Source: Prochlorococcus marinus str. NATL2A (GTDB lineage: Bacteria; Cyanobacteriota; Cyanobacteriia; PCC-6307; Cyanobiaceae). Taken from it: a DNA stretch of 32,000 nt. The stretch spans positions 540,001 through 572,000 of the forward strand of contig NC_007335.2 of the NCBI RefSeq assembly GCF_000012465.1, read 5' to 3'. The notes beneath the pieces are model-generated. The model was not told the origin of the DNA, searched no databases, and saw only the letters and a program-made list of their open reading frames with translations. A program made the translations under genes and the position numbers. Shown here one piece after another: positions 17,330 through 26,248 of the stretch (within the stretch, counting starts at the first letter, position 1; the number at the start of each line of letters is the position of its first letter).

Positions 17330-17599
17330 ATGTCTTTGATCTCGATTGTGTGTTTAATCCCTTTTGGATTAATCGGAGCTGTTAATCCAATAATTACATT
17401 ATCTGCATATGCGGTATTGGGGGGGATGTATTTATTGGTAGTTCCTTTATTTCTTTTTTATTGGATGAATAATCGTTGGAATGTTATGGGAAAGTTAGAA
17501 CGCCTTTTTATATATGGACTTGTGTTTCTTTTCTTTCCAGGAATGATTTTGTTTGCGCCGTTTCTTAATTTAAGAATGAATGGGAAAGAGGGGTCTTGA
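17330..17599 (+). CDS. ndhL: NAD(P)H-quinone oxidoreductase (NDH-1) subunit L
   Basis: 89 aa with three hydrophobic segments. The sequence ([55 protein letters not shown]) matches my recollection of cyanobacterial NdhL. The ndhL-DUF3007-trpA order is the conserved picocyanobacterial arrangement. Confidence 0.75.
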
Positions 17600-17602
17600 A
17601 CT

Positions 17603-17935
17603 TTGACAAGAGCACAGGTTTTTCAAATAGGTTTTATTGTTTTTGTTTTAGGAGGCTTGGGATATGAAATGTTTCAGTTGCTTGGATTTGAATCAATATC
17701 AGCGGGTATTGCTGCGCAGTCAATATTAATTTTAATTATTTTTGCATGGACAGCTTCTTACCTTTTTAGGGTTTTTTCTGGGAATATGACTTTTATGGAG
17801 CAACGTAAAAGATACAGAGAGGCTTATGAAAAATTGACTGATGAAAAAATCAGAGAAAAGTTTGAGGCAATGACAGATGATGAAAAAAATGAATTACTAA
17901 AATCCGTTGAGGAAGAAAGTATTGAACAAACTTAA
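17603..17935 (+). CDS. DUF3007-like small membrane protein (two TM helices plus a charged coiled C-terminal tail)
   Basis: 110 aa. The TTG start lies 3 nt after the ndhL stop, and the first TM helix precedes the first Met, so TTG is plausible. The C-terminal EQRKRYREAYEKLTDEKIREKFEAMTDDEKNELLK segment is helical and charged. Confidence 0.6.
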   Translation: MTRAQVFQIGFIVFVLGGLGYEMFQLLGFESISAGIAAQSILILIIFAWTASYLFRVFSGNMTFMEQRKRYREAYEKLTDEKIREKFEAMTDDEKNELLKSVEEESIEQT

Positions 17936-18018
17936 GTTTTAATTACTAAGTCTCAATAATTTTTTACTCTTAGGGATACAAAAATGATAAAAAAGAAAGA
18001 GACCCAAGTCTTAGAACA

Positions 18019-18834
18019 TTGAAAAGTACAAATATCAGTAGGTCTTTTTCCAAAATAAAAAAGGAGAAAAGAATTGCACTAATGCCTTTCCTTATGGCAG
18101 GTGACCCTGATTTGGAAACTACAGCAAAGATTTTGTTAGAGCTTCAGGCAAATGGCGCTGACATGATTGAGCTAGGCATTCCATACAGTGATCCTTTAGC
18201 AGATGGTCCGATTATTCAATTAGCAGCTTCTCGAGCTCTTTCTGCAGGAACCTCCCCTGACAGGGTTTTTAAAATGTTGTTTGAATTGAGAGATCAATTG
18301 ACAATACCAATAATTTTATTTACTTACTCAAACCCACTTATTAATAAAGGTCTGGAAGAATTTTGCTTGCAAGCATCGAAAGTAGGTGTTTCAGGACTTG
18401 TCGTACCAGATCTTCCTCTAGAGGAAGCAGAAAAACTTTCTGATATTGCTGAATCTAAGGAAATTGATTTGGTTTTACTTGTTGCTCCTACAACCCCAAA
18501 GGATCGTATGAAAAGAATCGCAGCGACTTCTAATGGATTCACTTATCTTGTAAGTGTTACTGGGGTGACTGGAGAAAGGTCATCATTAGAAGATAATGTA
18601 GGATCTCTTGTGCAACAACTAAAAGATTCTTCATCTAGTCCAATTGCTGTGGGCTTTGGAATTTCAGATGTAAAACACATTGAACAAGTTAGAGAATGGG
18701 GCGCTGATGGCGCAATTGTTGGTAGTGCTTTAGTTAAAAGAATTGCTAATGCCTCGATCGAAATGAAAGTCGAAGAAGCTGGTTCTTTTTGTAAAGAACT
18801 AAGAGCCGCAACTAATGAATATTTTTTTAAATAG
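18019..18834 (+). CDS. trpA: Tryptophan synthase alpha subunit
   Basis: It has the [16 protein letters not shown] motif, the [18 protein letters not shown] signature and GFGIS..........[16 protein letters not shown] start is forced: there is no ATG or GTG between 18019 and the first conserved strand. Confidence 0.92.
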   Translation: MKSTNISRSFSKIKKEKRIALMPFLMAGDPDLETTAKILLELQANGADMIELGIPYSDPLADGPIIQLAASRALSAGTSPDRVFKMLFELRDQLTIPIILFTYSNPLINKGLEEFCLQASKVGVSGLVVPDLPLEEAEKLSDIAESKEIDLVLLVAPTTPKDRMKRIAATSNGFTYLVSVTGVTGERSSLEDNVGSLVQQLKDSSSSPIAVGFGISDVKHIEQVREWGADGAIVGSALVKRIANASIEMKVEEAGSFCKELRAATNEYFFK

Positions 18835-18911
18835 CAACAGATCAAGCTGAATATTGAATTCTTTTCTATGTTTGATCTTGAGAAATATTGTCTTTATTTA
18901 AATTGAAAACC

Positions 18912-19181
18912 ATGGATAAATTTGTCCTTTGGGGGTCTTACTGTGAAGATGCTCTACTAAAGAGAACACCTTTTAGGGAAGAGCATCTTCAAAGGCTCTC
19001 ATTACTTAAGGAAAAAGGTATATTAATAACTTTAGGCCCGACAAAATGTAATAGATATGTTTTTGGGATATTTAAATCTGGAGACATTGAATATATTAGA
19101 AGTCTTATCAAAGAGGACGTTTACTGGAGAGAGGGAATATGGACTGATTTCGAAATTTACTCTTGGACCCAAGCTTTTTGA
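18912..19181 (+). CDS. YciI-like protein
   Basis: 89 aa from the ATG at 18912 (MDKFVLWGSYCEDALLKRTPFREEHLQRL...). This start fits the usual YciI N-terminal strand better than the tracked TTG at 18888. The 3' end overlaps the convergent cytochrome gene by 25 nt. Confidence 0.65.
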   Translation: MDKFVLWGSYCEDALLKRTPFREEHLQRLSLLKEKGILITLGPTKCNRYVFGIFKSGDIEYIRSLIKEDVYWREGIWTDFEIYSWTQAF

Positions 19182-19528
19182 GCTTGCTCCCAGACCCAAT
19201 TAGCTACGATTTGGTCGCCATTATCTCCTAGCTCATCTTCATAACCACTCATTATTCCTACCCCTTGTCTTGCGATCTTCGCTATAGCTTCTGGATTGTC
19301 AATTCCATTACGCTTTAATGATGAAATCTTCAAATTTTTTGATCTTCTGATGATGTTCCCACCATTAATATGACATCCAGCACAGTTGTGGTTAAAAAGA
19401 GTTCTCCCTGAATCTGCTTCAATAGCATTGAGCTCTTTTGGCAAACTTAAATAAAAAAATGTGCAACAAATACTGATTAGAAAAAAAACTCTTAATTTTA
19501 TGAAAAAAAAATTTGTATTTTTTTTCAT
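19157..19528 (-). CDS. Soluble c-type monohaem cytochrome, cytochrome c6-like (c6B/c6C-type), with signal peptide
   Basis: It has the haem motif CAGCH and a likely axial Met in GVGIMSGY. From the ATG at 19528 the N-terminus is a typical signal peptide (MKKNTNFFFIKLRVFFLISICC...LNA). The tracked start at 19597 would overlap the upstream gene. Confidence 0.75.
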   Translation of the reverse strand: MKKNTNFFFIKLRVFFLISICCTFFYLSLPKELNAIEADSGRTLFNHNCAGCHINGGNIIRRSKNLKISSLKRNGIDNPEAIAKIARQGVGIMSGYEDELGDNGDQIVANWVWEQAQKAWVQE

Positions 19529-19541
19529 AGTCTTGTAAACC

Positions 19542-19874
19542 TTATTTATTGAAATTAATTTTTGAAAGATCCTCACAAATCTCGTCAAGAAGATCAAGTT
19601 GTCCAGAAGAATTTAATTCAAAGCTCTTCTTTGTTTTCCCTTCTTCACCGTTTGTCCATAACTCTTCAACTTCACAAAGTCGATTTGCAATTTTTGGAAT
19701 TCCACCAGAACTAAAATCTTTTTTTAAAGATTCAATTAAAGTTGGCATTCTTGCTGAAGGGAGATTAAGACTTCGGCAAAGTTCTGATTGCGTTCTACCT
19801 GTTTGCCTTAACCAGTCTTTGATTAGAAGTACTAGATCCTCTTCGATATCTTTTGACCAGCGTTCTTTGCTCAT
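19542..19874 (-). CDS. Hypothetical 110-aa protein with an HTH-like segment and an acidic C-terminus
   Basis: The ATG at 19874 overlaps the upstream stop as ATGA. The segment GRTQSELCRSLNLPSARMPTLIESL resembles an XRE-type helix-turn-helix. I recognise no family. Confidence 0.5.
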   Translation of the reverse strand: MSKERWSKDIEEDLVLLIKDWLRQTGRTQSELCRSLNLPSARMPTLIESLKKDFSSGGIPKIANRLCEVEELWTNGEEGKTKKSFELNSSGQLDLLDEICEDLSKINFNK

Positions 19875-20236
19875 AGTGGAAACCATTTATCCAGCTTAGA
19901 TTTTGCTCTGAATTTTATCTCTGGAGTAATGTGATGTTGCCATAGACTAATGACAGCTGTTAGGGCCACAAGATCATCGCTAAAACCTGAAGCGGGAATA
20001 AAGTCGGGAATTAAATCAAAAGGAACAATTAAATAAGTAAGTGCTCCCATAATGGATAACCTCACTTGGGGAGGAGTTGTATTATCCATAATGAGTTCAA
20101 ATCCCTCTAAAGCAGGCTGTGCAATTACTCTGCCTGCTCTTAATAAGATCTTTTTAAGTACCCCCTCGTCTATAACAGAACTTTCAAGTACCTCTGCTTC
20201 AAAAACTTCTTTATTGGAGTTTCTTGAACTAACCAC
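19871..20236 (-). CDS. DUF1232 (YkvA-like) membrane protein
   Basis: DUF1232 core LTYLIVPFDLIPDFIPASGFSDDLVAL. I prefer the in-frame GTG at 20236, 2 nt after the sigma-factor stop codon. The tracked ATG at 20371 would overlap sigma region 4 by 133 nt. Confidence 0.6.
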   Translation of the reverse strand: MVSSRNSNKEVFEAEVLESSVIDEGVLKKILLRAGRVIAQPALEGFELIMDNTTPPQVRLSIMGALTYLIVPFDLIPDFIPASGFSDDLVALTAVISLWQHHITPEIKFRAKSKLDKWFPL

Positions 20237-20238
20237 AA

Positions 20239-21162
20239 TTAAATACTTTTCTCTAAAAGACCACTTTGAATCCCTGTTTTTCTCAACTTTCTTAATGCAC
20301 GTTGAACTACTTGTCTGCAATATTCCCTGCTGCAATTCATTTGTCTGGCGACTTCGGCTAGAGTTCTCCATTCGTTCGATCCATCTAGGCCAAATCGAAG
20401 GCTTAGTATCGTTCTCTCTTTGGGTGTGAGATTTGATTTATCCAATAACGACCAAGCTGATGCACTTCTCTCTGCTAATTCAGCTAGTTCCATGGGAGGT
20501 ACTTCTTCACTTGGAAGAATATCGACAAGCTCAGAGGGGTCTGCTTTAGATTTGACTGCCCCTTGCAAGCTCACTGTGATACTTCTCAGCTCGCATGCAA
20601 GTAATTCCTCTACTTCCTCTAAAGGAATTTTCATTTGTATGGCTATCTGGTTAGTTGAGGGATGAACCCCAAGCTCTTGCATTAGTCGAGACTTGGCAGC
20701 ACGAAGTTTTGTTAGTTTCTCATTTATGTTTACAGGAATTCGTATTGTTCTACTTTGCGTTGATAGCGCTCTATTTAGTCCTTGCCTAATCCACCAGTAA
20801 GCGTAAGTTGAAAATCGATGACCTCTTTTGGGATCGTACTTCTCAACAGCTCTTGTTAATCCTAAGGTGCCCTCTTGAATTAAATCAAGAAGGTCAAGCC
20901 CTTTGCCTTGATAGCGCTTGGCCAAATTCACAACAAGCCTCAGATTTGCTGTGATCATTTGATTCTTGGCCCGTTCCCCTGCCTTAAATTTTTTCTTCTC
21001 TGCGCTTGAATATTCGCACTCTGGTCCATGACCTCCAGCTTGTTGACAGCGTTCATTAAGTGCAACCATTGCTTGCACTTCTCTACCCAAAGTGAGTTCT
21101 TGCTCTGGTGTGAGCAATTCGTGTCTTCCTATTTCTCCAAGAAAGTCGCTTAAAGAACTCAC
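20239..21162 (-). CDS. RNA polymerase sigma-70 family factor (group 2-like, no region 1.1)
   Basis: 307 aa. Region 1.2 lies at the extreme N-terminus ([24 protein letters not shown]). Region 2 is [35 protein letters not shown], followed by the IRIPVN motif. Region 4.2 is [28 protein letters not shown]. The gene starts with GTG. Confidence 0.9.
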   Translation of the reverse strand: MSSLSDFLGEIGRHELLTPEQELTLGREVQAMVALNERCQQAGGHGPECEYSSAEKKKFKAGERAKNQMITANLRLVVNLAKRYQGKGLDLLDLIQEGTLGLTRAVEKYDPKRGHRFSTYAYWWIRQGLNRALSTQSRTIRIPVNINEKLTKLRAAKSRLMQELGVHPSTNQIAIQMKIPLEEVEELLACELRSITVSLQGAVKSKADPSELVDILPSEEVPPMELAELAERSASAWSLLDKSNLTPKERTILSLRFGLDGSNEWRTLAEVARQMNCSREYCRQVVQRALRKLRKTGIQSGLLEKSI

Positions 21163-21170
21163 GATTTATT

Positions 21171-21177
21171 CCTCCTT
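21171..21177 (-). promoter_or_regulatory. Shine-Dalgarno sequence AAGGAGG, 8 nt upstream of the sigma-factor GTG start
   Basis: The reverse complement of CCTCCTT at 21171-21177 is AAGGAGG. The spacer is AATAAATC, and the GTG lies at 21162-21160. Confidence 0.6.
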
Positions 21178-21624
21178 ATATTTATAACCTAGAGAAAAAT
21201 TGTTTACTTTCAATAGGCGTAATAAAGTGTTCGGAATTTATTAGTAATCCTTTTATCTATTCTTAATGCCTTCGCCAGGTCAATTAATCTAAAAAAAGTT
21301 TCCTTTGTTCTTTAGTTGGCTTTTTTAAAATAAAATTAGATAAATTATGTTTTAATTAAAATGTCTTAAAATCATTGATATGAACGACATTCTTTAAAGC
21401 AGTTTCTTTACCTATAAAACTCTTTAAAGAATTCTTAGTCTCGAAAAAATTATTTTTACGCACTACTCCTGATTTTAGGTAAACGATAAATTACCAAAGA
21501 TTTAAGAAAATCAGTTGATTTGTTTTTTTCTCTTTCAAGACTTTTTATTAATTTGATTCTTTGTCTTTCTACCAAAGCAATTTATTTATAAGTAAAAAAG
21601 ATTATAAAAGAGTTAGTTCTTTGC

Positions 21625-22269
21625 CTATTGATTTCTTCTGGGAGCGCCTCTTCTTTTGACTAGAACTTTTAGAACTTCTTCCCAGGAAACGTTTTGATGG
21701 GCTAGAGAAACCTGCATATGGAAAAGTAGATCTGCAGCCTCATTAGCAACTGAAATAGGATTTTTATCTTTACAAGCCATAATAAATTCGGCTGTTTCTT
21801 CTCCTATCTTTTTTAGGATTTTATTATCGCCTTCCTTCAAAAGAGTATTTGTATAGCTTCCCTCCTCAGGATTACTCTTACGACTCTCTATGACGTTGAA
21901 TAATTCACTACAAGCATTAGATGGAGGGTGAAGAACGTCTTTATTTGTTTCTAAATCTTTAAAAAAACAACTTCTTTTCCCTGTATGGCATGCGATTGAA
22001 CCAATTTGCTCAATTGACAAAAGTATTGTATCTGAATCGCAATCAGTCCTAATTCCTTTCAATTTTTGAAAATGTCCGCTCGTTTTTCCTTTGTGCCAAA
22101 GTTCTTTCCTTGAACGACTCCAATAGTGAACCTCACCAGATTCTAATGTTTTTGTAATGGATTCTTTGTTCATCCATGCCATCATTAAGACTGCGCCATC
22201 GACCCAATCTTGCGCTATGGCTGGGATCAAGCCGTTTTGATCAAAATGAAGATTATCTATAAAAAACAT
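21625..22269 (-). CDS. hisI: Bifunctional phosphoribosyl-AMP cyclohydrolase / phosphoribosyl-ATP pyrophosphatase
   Basis: The HisI part has [27 protein letters not shown] and CD.D..L. The HisE part has L..KI.EE.AE........N....EAADLLFH..V. Confidence 0.9.
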   Translation of the reverse strand: MFFIDNLHFDQNGLIPAIAQDWVDGAVLMMAWMNKESITKTLESGEVHYWSRSRKELWHKGKTSGHFQKLKGIRTDCDSDTILLSIEQIGSIACHTGKRSCFFKDLETNKDVLHPPSNACSELFNVIESRKSNPEEGSYTNTLLKEGDNKILKKIGEETAEFIMACKDKNPISVANEAADLLFHMQVSLAHQNVSWEEVLKVLVKRRGAPRRNQ

Positions 22270-22346
22270 TTTTAATTAAGCCAGTTAGGCTTTTTAACTT
22301 TAATTATTTAAATTTAATCCTCTATTGGTTTTTTATTCATCTTTTT

Positions 22347-22817
22347 ATGACGATTAAAGATATTACATTTAATTGCTCAAAGCATTTTAAAGACTATCCA
22401 TGCTCTCACCGTCAATGGAAACATAAAGGACACTGTCGTTATGTTCATGGATATAGTCGAAGCTTTACCTTTTATTTTGCTTCAAACAAACTTGATGAAA
22501 ATGGCTTCGTTGTCGATTTCTCAAGTCTGAGACCTTTGGAAGAGCACTTAAAAGATCATTTTGATCATACTTTTCTAGTCAATTCTGATGACCCTTTTCT
22601 TGAAACATGGAAAGAACTTCACTCTAAAGAAGTACTAGATCTTAGAGTTATGAACAATGTTGGTATGGAATCAACTGCTGAATTAGTGTGGGGATGGGCA
22701 AATGATTTATTATTTTCAAGAGAGAAAGGTAGATCTTGTTGTTGGAGAGCAATAGCACATGAAAATGATGTTAATTCCGCTAGTTATACCTTCCTCCCTG
22801 AGTGGTTCACCCCTTGA
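22347..22817 (+). CDS. 6-pyruvoyl-tetrahydropterin synthase / QueD-family protein
   Basis: 156 aa with a PTPS-fold pattern: a Cys/His-rich N-terminal strand (CSHRQWKHKGHCRYVHGYS) and the FDHTFLV motif. Substrate specificity (QueD versus PTPS) cannot be decided by eye. Confidence 0.65.
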   Translation: MTIKDITFNCSKHFKDYPCSHRQWKHKGHCRYVHGYSRSFTFYFASNKLDENGFVVDFSSLRPLEEHLKDHFDHTFLVNSDDPFLETWKELHSKEVLDLRVMNNVGMESTAELVWGWANDLLFSREKGRSCCWRAIAHENDVNSASYTFLPEWFTP

Positions 22818-22872
22818 TACAGTAAAATTTTCCTGTTGAAATACAATTAACGTTTTAAGTTTTTTAAGTTTT

Positions 22873-25464
22873 TTAGTGGAAAATTAATTTTGATTCTTTA
22901 TTCTCTATCTTTATAGTGCATCCTTCTTTATATTTGCCTTTAAGAATATATCTTGCTATTTCACTTTCTAGTTCTTTTTGAATAACTCTTTTTAAGGGCC
23001 TAGCACCATAGCTAGGGTTGTATCCAAGTTCAGTAATGAAAAATAGGACATCATCATCAATTTTAAGCTCGATTCCTTTAGCTCCTAACCTTTCTCTTAA
23101 ACGGTTTAATTGTAAATCGACTACTTTAAGTAGAGTTTCTTTTTTAAGTGGTTCAAAATTAATTATTTCATCAAGTCTGTTTAGGAACTCAGGCCTGAAA
23201 TTTGATTTCAGTTCTTGATTAATAAGTTCATCTATATTTGTCAAAGGATCATTAGTTACATCATTTTCAGAAATTAATTCGCTTCCTAAATTACTGGTGA
23301 GAATAATAATAGTGTTTTTGAAATTTGTTGTTCTTCCTTGTCCATCAGTTACTCGGCCTTCGTCAAGTATCTGAAGCAATACATTGAAAACATCTTTATG
23401 TGCCTTTTCAATTTCATCGAAGAGCAAAACGCAATAAGGTTTTCTTCTGATTGCTTCTGTTAATTGTCCACCTGCTTCGTAACCAACGTAACCAGGAGGA
23501 GCGCCAATTAAGCGACTTACAGAGTGCTTTTCCATATATTCAGACATGTCTATTCTGATTAAGGAATTTTCACTATCAAAAAGTTGAGAAGCTAAAGCCT
23601 TGGACAATTCTGTCTTCCCCACGCCTGTCGGTCCTAAAAATAAAAAACTTGCGATTGGTCTGCTTGGATCACTAAGTCCTGTCCTAGATCTTTGTATCGC
23701 AGAAGATATTGATTGAACGGCTTTATCTTGACCAATAACTTTTTTTTGAAGCTCAGATTCAAGATTGAGTAATTTTTCGATTTCTGTTTGAGCCAGTCTT
23801 TTAACGGGGATAGATGTCCACTTTGCAATTATTTCAGCTACATCATCGGCTACAACCTCTTCTCTCAAAAGTGATTTTTCGGCATTTTGAGAGGAATTTT
23901 TTAGATTAAGTTCTTTTGATTTTAGATTTTGTTGATAATTCACAAGGGTGCCGTATTCAAGTTCAGCAGCCCTATTGAGGTCATAATTCCTTTTTGCTTT
24001 TTCTATTTCTAGTTGTACTTTCTCAATTTCTTCTTTAAGTGTTGAAATTTCTTCGATTGATTCTTTTTCTCGTTTCCATTTTTTGTTTACTTCAATTTGA
24101 TTTTTTGTTAGCAATGCTAGTTCTGACGTAATTAATTCTAGTCTCTCTTTACTTGAGGTGTCTGACTCACCTTCCAAAGATAATTTCTCCATTTCAAGTT
24201 GGATGATTTTTCTATCAATCTCATCAATTTCTTCTGGCTTTGATGTTATTTCCATCTTTAAACGTGAGGCTGATTCATCTATTAGATCAATTGCTTTGTC
24301 AGGTAAAAACCTCTCTGGTATATATCTATCGCTCAAAATCGCCGCAGCTATTAGAGCGTTATCAGAGATACGAACACCATGATGGACTTCATATCTTTCT
24401 TTTAGTCCACGTAAGATCGAAATTGTATCTTGGACTGAGGGTTGTTTTACAAGTATTTGCTGAAATCTTCTTTCCAGCGCAGGGTCTTTCTCAAAATTTT
24501 CTCTATGTTCATTTATGGTTGTTGCTCCAATGCATCTTAGTTCACCTCTAGCAAGCATTGGTTTTAGGAGATTACTAGCGTCCATTGCTCCACCACTCGC
24601 TCCTGCTCCGACAACTGTATGTATTTCATCGATGAACAAAATTATTTTCCCTTCTGAATCTGTGACATTTTTAAGAACTGACTTAAGTCTCTCTTCAAAT
24701 TCACCACGGAATTTTGCACCTGCAATTAATGCCCCCATGTCTAAGGAAATTAGTTGACGGTTTTCAAGGGCTGTAGGAACATCACCATTGATAATTCTTT
24801 GTGCTAAACCCTCAATAATTGCTGTTTTACCAACGCCAGCTTCTCCAATTAATACAGGATTATTTTTGGTTCTGCGGCTTAGTATTTGAATCGTTCTTCG
24901 TATCTCCTCATCTCTTCCAATTACAGGATCTAATTTTCCATCTCTGGCGGCAGAAGTAAGGTCTAATCCATACTTTTGAAGAGCTTCGTAGCTATTTTCA
25001 GCATTTTTCTGGGTCACTTTTTTGTCACCTCTAAGAGCATTTATAGCCTCAAGAAGGCTGTTTTTGTCGACATTATTTTCTTCAAACAACCTATTACAAA
25101 TTCTCTCGTCATCAAATAGGGAAATCACTAAATGTTCGCTTGAAATAAAATCATCTTTGAAAGATTGTTGAATGTTTTTTGCTCTTGAAATTGATAAAGA
25201 TATTTTTTTGCCAAAGAAAATAGATTCTTGGGCCAGTAGCATTTTTGGTTGGTTCTTTATAAAACTCTCTATTTCTGTGAGTAGATTTTTTATTACTCCG
25301 CCCGATCTTTCTATTATTTTTATTGCTATTTCATTTTTCTTTAGAAGAGACCAAAAAAGATGTTCTGTCTCTAAAGTCTGATGTTTTTCAATTAATGCTA
25401 AATCTTTTGCATCAATAATCCCTTGCCAAGCATTGTTAGTGAAATCATCAGGATTTACCTTCAT
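22873..25464 (-). CDS. clpB: ATP-dependent disaggregase chaperone ClpB
   Basis: 863 aa with a Clp N domain and two AAA+ modules (GEAGVGKTA and GPTGVGKTE Walker A; LFIDEIH and [10 protein letters not shown] Walker B). The long coiled-coil middle domain is typical of ClpB rather than ClpA or ClpC. Confidence 0.95.
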   Translation of the reverse strand: MKVNPDDFTNNAWQGIIDAKDLALIEKHQTLETEHLFWSLLKKNEIAIKIIERSGGVIKNLLTEIESFIKNQPKMLLAQESIFFGKKISLSISRAKNIQQSFKDDFISSEHLVISLFDDERICNRLFEENNVDKNSLLEAINALRGDKKVTQKNAENSYEALQKYGLDLTSAARDGKLDPVIGRDEEIRRTIQILSRRTKNNPVLIGEAGVGKTAIIEGLAQRIINGDVPTALENRQLISLDMGALIAGAKFRGEFEERLKSVLKNVTDSEGKIILFIDEIHTVVGAGASGGAMDASNLLKPMLARGELRCIGATTINEHRENFEKDPALERRFQQILVKQPSVQDTISILRGLKERYEVHHGVRISDNALIAAAILSDRYIPERFLPDKAIDLIDESASRLKMEITSKPEEIDEIDRKIIQLEMEKLSLEGESDTSSKERLELITSELALLTKNQIEVNKKWKREKESIEEISTLKEEIEKVQLEIEKAKRNYDLNRAAELEYGTLVNYQQNLKSKELNLKNSSQNAEKSLLREEVVADDVAEIIAKWTSIPVKRLAQTEIEKLLNLESELQKKVIGQDKAVQSISSAIQRSRTGLSDPSRPIASFLFLGPTGVGKTELSKALASQLFDSENSLIRIDMSEYMEKHSVSRLIGAPPGYVGYEAGGQLTEAIRRKPYCVLLFDEIEKAHKDVFNVLLQILDEGRVTDGQGRTTNFKNTIIILTSNLGSELISENDVTNDPLTNIDELINQELKSNFRPEFLNRLDEIINFEPLKKETLLKVVDLQLNRLRERLGAKGIELKIDDDVLFFITELGYNPSYGARPLKRVIQKELESEIARYILKGKYKEGCTIKIENKESKLIFH

Positions 25465-25794
25465 GCTTTAAATTAATTACCAAATTTATACTATTCAAAT
25501 TTGTTGATTGAATAAATATAAGAAAACCGACCTTGTTGACTTGGGAAAATAAATTTGTTAGATCACTTTGATTTTTGAACTAATTAGTTGAATTTGTAAT
25601 ATCTTAATTTTATCTACTTTAGACCTACTATTTCTATGGATCAGCAGATTTAACGTAATTAAAATTTTCCCAGTTTTTGGCGAATTAACACTTTTCTCAA
25701 CTAATAATAAATCCTTAGATGTTTTAAATTGCAATAGTTTTTGCTCAAAAAATATGCTCAGTGAATTTGATTGAAGTTCTAAATATAGATTTTC

Positions 25795-25823
25795 ATAAAA
25801 AAAGATGGGGTCTCCCCCATCTT
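25795..25823 (-). terminator. Rho-independent terminator of petE
   Basis: A 9-bp stem (AAGATGGGG / CCCCATCTT) with loop TCTC at 25802-25823, about 20 nt after the petE stop. On the minus strand a T-run follows immediately (complement of the A-run 25797-25803). Confidence 0.8.
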
Positions 25824-25843
25824 AAATAAATTCTTTTGGAGAT

Positions 25844-26194
25844 TTAGTTGACTACGATTTTTCCAACCATGCCTGCGCCCCTGTGAGGCTCGCAGTAAAA
25901 ATCGTATGTTCCAGCTGTACTAAAAGTTCTCTCCCAAGACTCTCCTGGAGCGAAAGCTAAATCAGGATGACTTAGATCATCATTTCCGTCAAAAACAGCA
26001 TTGTGAGGAGCTAGTTTGTTATTTACAAACTTTACGGTGTCACCAGCGCTTATGTTTAGGGTGCTTGGTTCGAAAGCAAGCATTCCAGCATCAGTTCCAA
26101 GCTTGACTTCAACAGTTGAAGCATTCACATTGGTTACGCCAATTACTAGGAATGCGAAGAAAGCAAATAACGCTGTTGAAATAGAACGAATCAT
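25844..26194 (-). CDS. petE: Plastocyanin precursor
   Basis: 116 aa with a signal peptide, then a type-1 copper site (..PHN... and [20 protein letters not shown], giving Cys-x2-His-x4-Met). Confidence 0.93.
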   Translation of the reverse strand: MIRSISTALFAFFAFLVIGVTNVNASTVEVKLGTDAGMLAFEPSTLNISAGDTVKFVNNKLAPHNAVFDGNDDLSHPDLAFAPGESWERTFSTAGTYDFYCEPHRGAGMVGKIVVN

Positions 26195-26248
26195 GGATTT
26201 AATTCTTTTCTTTTTTTAATTTTACTACTTTAGCTTCTGTTTACCATT

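Noticed and set aside
20052-20665. Plus-strand ORFs 20052-20429 and 20420-20665, and the ATG at 20371 as the DUF1232 start
   Set aside because: The plus-strand ORFs are antisense to the sigma and DUF1232 genes and have no motifs. The 20371 start would put 133 nt of the DUF1232 gene inside sigma region 4. The GTG at 20236, right after the sigma stop, is the more economical start.
22270-22346. preQ1 riboswitch upstream of the QueD/PTPS-like gene
   Set aside because: The 77-bp leader is almost pure A/T. It has no stem-loop of the preQ1-I type and no conserved C-rich loop or A-rich tail arrangement, so nothing is foldable by eye.
22857-22874. Tandem repeat AAGTTTTTT x2 between the QueD-like gene and clpB
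   Set aside because: There are only two 9-nt units, in an AT-rich convergent spacer, and the second overlaps the clpB stop codon. This fits simple slippage or low complexity, and no hairpin or array structure is present.
23018-25381. Several 64-103-aa ORFs antisense to, or out of frame within, clpB
   Set aside because: clpB is intact over 863 codons with all AAA+ motifs. The embedded ORFs are Ser/Leu/Ile-rich artefacts of the AT-biased complement.
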